Origin: Longivirga aurantiaca
GTDB lineage: Bacteria; Actinomycetota; Actinomycetes; S36-B12; CAIYMF01
Length of the DNA: 32,000 nucleotides
Direction of reading: 5' to 3'
Assembly (NCBI RefSeq): GCF_042660085.1
Contig: NZ_JBHSTI010000008.1
Span: 570,001-602,000 of the forward strand
Part shown: one piece after another, positions 26,559-32,000 of the stretch
How positions within the stretch are numbered: the first letter of the stretch is position 1
Layout: each line of letters starts with the position of its first letter
Program-made: the position numbers and the translations under genes
Notes under the pieces: generated by a model
Databases searched by the model: none
What the model was told of the DNA's origin: nothing
The model's input: the letters and a program-made list of their open reading frames with translations, nothing else

Positions 26559-26765
26559 CTACCCGAGACAGGCCGAAACCCCACCAAGTCCGTCTCCCCC
26601 ATCGGCGAGCCAAGACAGGGGTACGTATGCCATAGGCACGCGGAACTGCGGGTCGATGCCGTCGACCATGCGCCGCTGACGGCGCACCATCGGTGCTGCA
26701 GCGGCCGCCGCTGCCACCACCGCCGCAGACACCACGACCGCTCGGACGATCCTGCTCATCGCCAT
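26559..26765 (-). pseudogene. Possible N-terminal fragment of an alpha/beta hydrolase (esterase)
   Basis: 68 aa reading MAMSRIVRAVVVSAAVVAAAAAAAPMVRRQRRMVDGIDPQFRVPMAYVPLSW then a short tail; resembles the N-terminus of actinobacterial acetylesterases but has no hydrolase core. Confidence 0.35.
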
Positions 26766-26840
26766 CCCTTCCTCGACCCACGGGCCTGGTGGTCTGCGTC
26801 CGCAGGACGATAGGCGCCCTCCGGCCGTTCCGGGGCCGGG

Positions 26841-27662
26841 TCAGGCGTCGAGACCCTCGACGAAGGCCGCGAGCTCGGCTGCGTCGACCCTCGAGACCTC
26901 GGCGCCGGAGGGGAAGCTGCCGCTCGCGACGTCGGCGCGGAACTCGGTCAGCGCGCGCACCCGCTCGGCGTCGATCTGGCGCTGCAGCGCCGCGAGGTCG
27001 GCGTACGCGCGGGCGTGACGGGGCCTGCGCTCGCCCTCGCCGCAGATGTCGTCCTGGAACAGGAACTGCACGTCGGCGTGCGGTCCTGACCCGAGCGAGA
27101 TCGTCGCAAGCCCGGTGCGCACGTTGATCTCGCGCATCACCTCGGCGGGGATCAGCTCGCACTCCACCGCGAAGGCGCCGGCCTCCTCGAGCGCCTGGAA
27201 CTTCTGCCACAGCGCGAGCGCCTCGGGAGCGGTCTTGCCCACGGCCCGGACGCCGCCGTAGAGCGTGGACTTCTTCGGGATGAAGCCGAGGTGGCCCATG
27301 ACGGGGATGTCCTCGTGGGCGAGGCGCCGCACGCTGTCGAGGCCGCGCGCGGTGATCACGGCATCGGCGCCGGCGCCGAGTGCCTTCAAGGCGTCGCGCA
27401 GGATGTCGTCCTCGGTGACGGCGCCGGCGAAGTCGATCGCCGCGGTGAGGAACACCTGCTCGGCGCCTGCGCGCACCGCGGGCACGGCCTCGGCCAGGCA
27501 CACCACCATCTCGATGCCCGCCGCCTGGGCCGCAGCAGCCTCCGCCGAGGTGCCTGCGGTGACCTGCGCGAGGTGCCGGCCCGACGCCTTCAGGCCCACG
27601 ATGTCGGCGACCGTCACCGTGCGGGTGGCCTCGCGGCCGGTGTAGTCGAGGATGCGCGGCAT
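26841..27662 (-). CDS. panB: 3-methyl-2-oxobutanoate hydroxymethyltransferase family protein
   Basis: 273 aa; EMVVCLAEA, DLPVMGHLGF-type segment (DIPVMGHLGFIPKKSTLYGGVRAVGKT), FAVECELIPAEVMREI, SLGSGPHADVQFLFQDDI. Confidence 0.82.
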   Translation of the reverse strand: MPRILDYTGREATRTVTVADIVGLKASGRHLAQVTAGTSAEAAAAQAAGIEMVVCLAEAVPAVRAGAEQVFLTAAIDFAGAVTEDDILRDALKALGAGADAVITARGLDSVRRLAHEDIPVMGHLGFIPKKSTLYGGVRAVGKTAPEALALWQKFQALEEAGAFAVECELIPAEVMREINVRTGLATISLGSGPHADVQFLFQDDICGEGERRPRHARAYADLAALQRQIDAERVRALTEFRADVASGSFPSGAEVSRVDAAELAAFVEGLDA

Positions 27663-27723
27663 CGGTGCTCCTATCGGGATCGGAGCGTCAACCTACAACT
27701 CCCGCCAGGCGGGTGACGTGCGG

Positions 27724-28545
27724 TCAGCCGCGCGAGACCCGGCCGCGCAGCGCCATGAACGCGAGCGTGTGGCTCACGGCCGCGACCGCGAGGATCGCGG
27801 CGGTGCCCTGCAGCAGCGGCGTGAGCTCCCAGCCGCCCGTGATCAGCGACCGCAGCGCTGCGAGCACGTACGTCACGGGGTTGTACGTCGCGACCGTCGA
27901 CAGCCAGCCGGTCAGCGCCTCTTGCGGCAGGAACGCCGTGGTGAGGAAGGCGAACGGGAAGAACAGCAGGAAGCTCGAGTTCACCGCCGCCGGGTTGCCG
28001 GTCTTGAGCGCGATGGCGTACGGGAAGCCGGTGAACGCGAGGCCCCACATGCCCGCGAGCAGCAGGAACACGAGCATGCCGACGATGCCGGTGGCGAAGC
28101 TGACTCCCACGATGGCACCGAGGATGAGGACCGGGATCGACAGCGCGATGACCAGCGTGAAGTCGGCGACCATCAGCCCGAGCAGCAGCGCCGGGCGGCT
28201 CATCGGAGTGAGCAGGAGCCGGTCGAAGTAGCCGTCGTTGATGTCGGTCACGAGAGCACTCGCGCGAGATACCCCGGTGACGGCGAAGATGATCGCGACC
28301 GGCAGCTGGAACGCCTTGAAGTCGGTGATGCCCGCGGCCTCGGCCACGCCCGACAGCGATCCGACGTTCACCACGAAGAAGAAGACCGGGATGATCAGCG
28401 CGGGGATGATCGCCTCGGGCTCGCGCGGGATCTGGCGCAGTGCCCGGATCGCCACCGACGTGAGGTCGCGCGCGAAGCCTGCGTGCCGTGCGATCACGTC
28501 GTCCGCGTGCGGGTCCGGTCGTGTGGCTGCCACCTGGGAGCTCAT
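27724..28545 (-). CDS. ABC-2 type transporter permease, DrrB-like
   Basis: 273 aa; RDLTSVAIRALRQIPREPEAIIPALIIPVFFFVVNVGSLSG, FLTTAFLPQEALTGWLSTVATYNPVTYVLAALRSL; overlaps the ATPase gene by 4 nt. Confidence 0.93.
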   Translation of the reverse strand: MSSQVAATRPDPHADDVIARHAGFARDLTSVAIRALRQIPREPEAIIPALIIPVFFFVVNVGSLSGVAEAAGITDFKAFQLPVAIIFAVTGVSRASALVTDINDGYFDRLLLTPMSRPALLLGLMVADFTLVIALSIPVLILGAIVGVSFATGIVGMLVFLLLAGMWGLAFTGFPYAIALKTGNPAAVNSSFLLFFPFAFLTTAFLPQEALTGWLSTVATYNPVTYVLAALRSLITGGWELTPLLQGTAAILAVAAVSHTLAFMALRGRVSRG

Positions 28546-29534
28546 GACTCCACCTCCGCCTGCTCGTCGCCGTCGGTTCCGGACTCGCGGTCCGCGAGGC
28601 GCGCACCCGTCACCGACAGGAACACGTCGTCCAAGGTGGGTGTGCGCAGCGACAGCTCACGGACGCGCAGCCCTCCGCCCGCACCGGCGAGCGCGATGGC
28701 CACGGGGCTGATCGCCTCGGGGCCGTTGCTGACCGCGGCCGTCACCTCGTTGCCGTTCACGTCGACGCGCTCGACCCCGGCGACGGGGAGGAGCGCCGTC
28801 CGCGCGATCTCCGGGTCGCCGTCGACCACCGCGATGACGAGGTCGGTGCCGATCGACCGCTTGAGCTCGTCCGGCGTCCCCTCGGCCACGATCCGGCCGT
28901 GGTCGATGATGCCGACGCGGTCGGCCAGCTCGTCGGCTTCCTCGAGGTACTGCGTGGTGAGGAAGACCGTCATGCCCAGCTCGGTGTTGAGGCGGCGCAC
29001 CTCGTCCCACACCCGCGCGCGGCTGGTGGGGTCGAGGCCGGTCGTCGGTTCGTCGAGGAAGAGCACGCGCGGGTTGTGCACGAGCGCGAGCGCGAGGTCG
29101 AGGCGGCGCTTCATGCCGCCGGAGTACGTCGAGACGCGGTCCTCGAGCGCCGAGCCGATGTCGATGAGCTCGCGCAGGTCGGCGAGCCGCCGCTCGGTGT
29201 CGGCCTTCGACAGGCCGTAGAAGCGGCCCTGCAGCCGCAGCATCTCCAGGCCGGTCTGCTTGGGGTCGAGAGCAGCCTCCTGCAGCGCGACGCCGATGCG
29301 CAGCCGCACCTTGTCGGCGTCGGTCTCCACGTCGTAGCCCGCGACGGTCGCCCTGCCTCCCGTGGGGGAGATGAGCGTGCACAGCACGCGGGTGACCGTC
29401 GACTTGCCGGCGCCGTTCGGCCCGAGGAAGCCGTAGATCTCCCCGCGGGCGACGGACAGGTCGACCCCGTCGACGGCCAGCGTCGTGCCGAAGGAGCGTT
29501 TGAGGCCCTGGGCCTGGATCTCGGGTTCGGTCAT
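28542..29534 (-). CDS. ABC transporter ATP-binding protein, DrrA-like
   Basis: 330 aa; GFLGPNGAGKSTVTRVLCTLI, STYSGGMKRRLDLALALVHNPRVLFLDEPTTGLDPTSR, TVFLTTQYLEEADELADRVGIIDHG. Confidence 0.95.
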   Translation of the reverse strand: MTEPEIQAQGLKRSFGTTLAVDGVDLSVARGEIYGFLGPNGAGKSTVTRVLCTLISPTGGRATVAGYDVETDADKVRLRIGVALQEAALDPKQTGLEMLRLQGRFYGLSKADTERRLADLRELIDIGSALEDRVSTYSGGMKRRLDLALALVHNPRVLFLDEPTTGLDPTSRARVWDEVRRLNTELGMTVFLTTQYLEEADELADRVGIIDHGRIVAEGTPDELKRSIGTDLVIAVVDGDPEIARTALLPVAGVERVDVNGNEVTAAVSNGPEAISPVAIALAGAGGGLRVRELSLRTPTLDDVFLSVTGARLADRESGTDGDEQAEVES

Positions 29535-29589
29535 AGTGCGCCGAGCCTAGGGGCGACCTGCGAGAAGCGAATCTTGAAGGACCTCGCGA

Positions 29590-30957
29590 TCACGCAGGGA
29601 AGGCGGCCAGCCACGCCTCGCGCACGGCCGGGTCCACGGAGTCGACGTACTCCTGCTCGGGCCGGGCGCCCAGCGCGCCGTTCACCGCGGAGAACGCGAG
29701 CCGCAGCGCGATGAAGAGCGTGAGGTTGAGGATCTGCCTCTCGTCGAAGCCCGCCTCGATCAGCGGGCCGAGGTCGGCGGCCGTGGCCGACTGCGGATCG
29801 CGGGCGACCGTCAGCGCCCATGCCGAAAGCGCTCGTCCGCGCTGATCGAGGAGGTCGTCCGACCCGGAGAGCACCGAGGCGGCCAGCGCCGGCGTCGTCT
29901 CCTTCGCCAGCTTGTCGCCCCAGGCGAGCGGGCAGTAGGTGTCGCCGCTCTCGCCGGCGGCGACCACGGTCGCGATGCCCCGGTCGGTCACCGACAGGCC
30001 CGCGCCGCGCGCGCTGCCGATGACGAGCTCGAACAGCCGGTCGTGCAACGCAGGGTCGTGCATCCAGAGCTGCGTCGCGTGGGTGAGGAACCCCAACGAT
30101 GTGAGGTCGTCGTCGGCGAGCACCTGCGCCTCGGGCGAGGCCGGAGCCTCCGGCAGCAGCAGCGAGGCGTGCACGGCCGGACGATGCGCGGTGAGGCCGA
30201 CGCACGCGATCTCCGCGCGCAGCGGCAGACCCTCGCGCAGCTGCTCGGTGGCGGCCTCGACGCAGCGCCGGTGGAACTCCTCCTCGCCGACCTGCTGGAT
30301 CGCCTCGTACGCCGGGCCCGTCGAGGCGAGCATCCGCGCGAACGTCTCGGGGTCCGGGAACTCCCACGCGAAGGGCACCTCGTGACGCCGTACGCCGACG
30401 AAGCCCGCCTCGGCAAGGACGGCCTCGCCCACGTCGGGACGCCCGAGCGACTTCATCCGCGCCTGGGCCTCGACCTTCTCCGGCGCGGCCAGGGTGAACG
30501 GCAGCAGCGCCCACAGGCCGGGCGACGCCTTGACGTGGCCCCAGGTGGTGACGGCGATGCGGCCGCCCGGACGCAGCACGCGGCAGGCCTCGACGAGCGC
30601 CTCCGGCGTCGTGGCCCACAGGCCGCGGAAGCTCGTGACGACGTCGAAGGACGCGTCGTCCCACGGCAGCGCAGCCATGTCGCCGACGCGGATGTCGCCG
30701 TCGGGCACGCGGTCGCGCGCGATCGCCGTGAGGCGCGGCGATGCATCGACCCCCGCCACCGTCGCGCCGCGCGCGCGAGCGAGTTCCAGCGCGAGTCCGG
30801 ATCCGCAGGCGATGTCGAGCAGGCGATCGCCCGCGCCGACGTCGAGGTGCTGGTGCATCGCGACGTACTCGCGCGACGCGGCCGGCTCGAGCAGGGTGGC
30901 GAAGTCGACAGCGCGCCGGCCCCAGCCCTCGTCGACGGTGAGCCACTGGTCGGTCAT
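29590..30957 (-). CDS. Bifunctional-looking protein: N-terminal SAM methyltransferase, C-terminal AhpD/carboxymuconolactone decarboxylase-like domain
   Basis: 455 aa; DRLLDIACGSGLALELARARGATVAGVDAS, EACRVLRPGGRIAVTTWG; C-terminal HDRLFELVIGSARGAGLSVTDRGIATVVAAGESGDTYCPLAWGDKLA...EAGFDERQILNLTLFIALRLAFSAVNGALG. Confidence 0.85.
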   Translation of the reverse strand: MTDQWLTVDEGWGRRAVDFATLLEPAASREYVAMHQHLDVGAGDRLLDIACGSGLALELARARGATVAGVDASPRLTAIARDRVPDGDIRVGDMAALPWDDASFDVVTSFRGLWATTPEALVEACRVLRPGGRIAVTTWGHVKASPGLWALLPFTLAAPEKVEAQARMKSLGRPDVGEAVLAEAGFVGVRRHEVPFAWEFPDPETFARMLASTGPAYEAIQQVGEEEFHRRCVEAATEQLREGLPLRAEIACVGLTAHRPAVHASLLLPEAPASPEAQVLADDDLTSLGFLTHATQLWMHDPALHDRLFELVIGSARGAGLSVTDRGIATVVAAGESGDTYCPLAWGDKLAKETTPALAASVLSGSDDLLDQRGRALSAWALTVARDPQSATAADLGPLIEAGFDERQILNLTLFIALRLAFSAVNGALGARPEQEYVDSVDPAVREAWLAAFPA

Positions 30958-32000
30958 CGGGATCCCTCGGTCAGCCCGTGGTCGGTCGCGTAGGTCGCTG
31001 CTGCGACGCGCGATCCGACGTCCAGGGCGGCGTAGATGTTGGCGATGTGCCGGTGCACCGTGTGCTCGCTCAGGTGGAGCTGGCGAGCGATCTCGGCGTT
31101 GCTGAGGCCGGCGGCGAGGAGTCGCAGCACCTCGGTCTGCCGCTCTGTCAGGGGCCCGTCGGCGGGCGTGCTCCTCAGCGGCCCGAGGATGGCCATGGCG
31201 GCGCGCTGCTGCTCGTCGGCGCGCACGTCGTCGGTCCGGCGCAGCGCGGCGGCGAGCTGCAGCCGAGCGTCGGCCTCATCGAACGGCCGCCCGGCGAGAT
31301 GGAAGCGGCGTACGGCGTCCTCCCACTTCTCGATCGCGGCGTCGTCGTCGGCGAGACGCGCCTCGGAGGAGTCTGCGTGCGCGGCGAGCGCGACGGTGCC
31401 GACGCGGTCGGCGATGCGGCGCAGCTCGGCGGCCGCCTGCTGCGCCTCGGCGAGGTTGCCCGCCGCGATGCCCGCGGCCACCGCGACGTCGAGGGCGCCG
31501 ACCCGCTCCAGAAGCTCGTCGCCGCGCATCGATCGGAGGAGCTCGGCGATGGTCGACCATGCACGCGCCGCATCGCCCTGGTCGAGCCGCAGCCGGGCGA
31601 GGCTTGTGACGGCCGCAGGCAGGTAGCCGGCCTGGGCCAGGAGCGCCTCGGCCTCGATGAGCCGGCCCTGCCTACGACGCACCTCGCCGAGCTGGGCGAC
31701 GGCGTCGAGCCGGCTCATCCGCTGCGATCGCTCGAGCCGGGACATCACATCGACCAGCGTCGACTCGGCGCCGGCGGAGTCTCCGCTCGCCAGCTGCACC
31801 GTGGCGTACTGCGTTCGGCAGACGGCGAACAGCGGGGCCAGCTCGTGCCGGACGCAGATGTCCTCGACGCGGGCGCACCAGTCACCGGCGCGCGCGAGGT
31901 CGTGCGTCTCCTGGCAGGCGCTGATGAGCCAGCAGCAGATCTTGCCCATCCACATGAGGCTCTCGACGTCGCCAGCTGTCGCCGCGGCGGCGGCCGAGTC
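30954..32000 (-). CDS. LuxR family transcriptional regulator with TPR-like region (5' end outside window)
   Basis: C-terminal HTH LTERQTEVLRLLAAGLSNAEIARQLHLSEHTVHRHIANIYAALDVGSRVAAATYA; overlaps the downstream methyltransferase gene by 4 nt. The frame appears open to the window edge; the listed MWMG start may be internal. Confidence 0.88.
   Translation of the reverse strand, partial: DSAAAAATAGDVESLMWMGKICCWLISACQETHDLARAGDWCARVEDICVRHELAPLFAVCRTQYATVQLASGDSAGAESTLVDVMSRLERSQRMSRLDAVAQLGEVRRRQGRLIEAEALLAQAGYLPAAVTSLARLRLDQGDAARAWSTIAELLRSMRGDELLERVGALDVAVAAGIAAGNLAEAQQAAAELRRIADRVGTVALAAHADSSEARLADDDAAIEKWEDAVRRFHLAGRPFDEADARLQLAAALRRTDDVRADEQQRAAMAILGPLRSTPADGPLTERQTEVLRLLAAGLSNAEIARQLHLSEHTVHRHIANIYAALDVGSRVAAATYATDHGLTEGSR

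Noticed and set aside
27652-29220. 522 aa plus-strand ORF over the DrrAB-like genes
   Set aside because: Antisense artefact (HRDREDRGG..., Ser/Arg tail) opposite two well-supported ABC transporter genes.
1-32000. CRISPR arrays, toxin-antitoxin, restriction or other defence islands
   Set aside because: No regularly spaced repeat array and no recognisable cas, nuclease, reverse transcriptase or defence proteins among the supported ORFs.

Overview
High-GC actinobacterial window with conserved chromosomal genes at both ends and accessory modules between them. (1) Left edge: 3' end of a probable YlbL-like PDZ protein, a PPA1309-like gene, a UPF0182 membrane protein and an initiator-type tRNA-Met(CAT). 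(2) About 4.2-16.3 kb: a catabolic cluster downstream of the tRNA, with a TetR regulator, MhpA-like FAD hydroxylase, MhpC-like hydrolase, two different vicinal-oxygen-chelate (extradiol) dioxygenases, a C-terminally truncated acyl-CoA ligase, a GntR/FCD regulator, a CocE/NonD hydrolase, a luciferase-like monooxygenase, a flavin reductase and an FAH-family hydrolase. (3) 17.1-20.4 kb: methyltransferase plus ABC exporter operon. (4) 20.6-24.3 kb: arsenic resistance genes (aquaporin remnant, acr3, arsD, tandem-ATPase arsA). (5) About 24.4-25.8 kb: a transposase-like reading frame interrupted by two in-frame stops. (6) 26.8-32 kb: panB-like gene, DrrAB-like ABC transporter, an unusual methyltransferase/AhpD-like fusion and a LuxR regulator. 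The strongest candidate for an undescribed system is the catabolic cluster. It has candidate palindromic operators (20 bp at the TetR/monooxygenase divergence and three CTGTCGACAG copies before the GntR gene), and its edges carry tRNA-3'-end-like repeats. No CRISPR array or obvious anti-phage system was recognised. All family assignments are from reading protein sequence and motifs, not from database searches.
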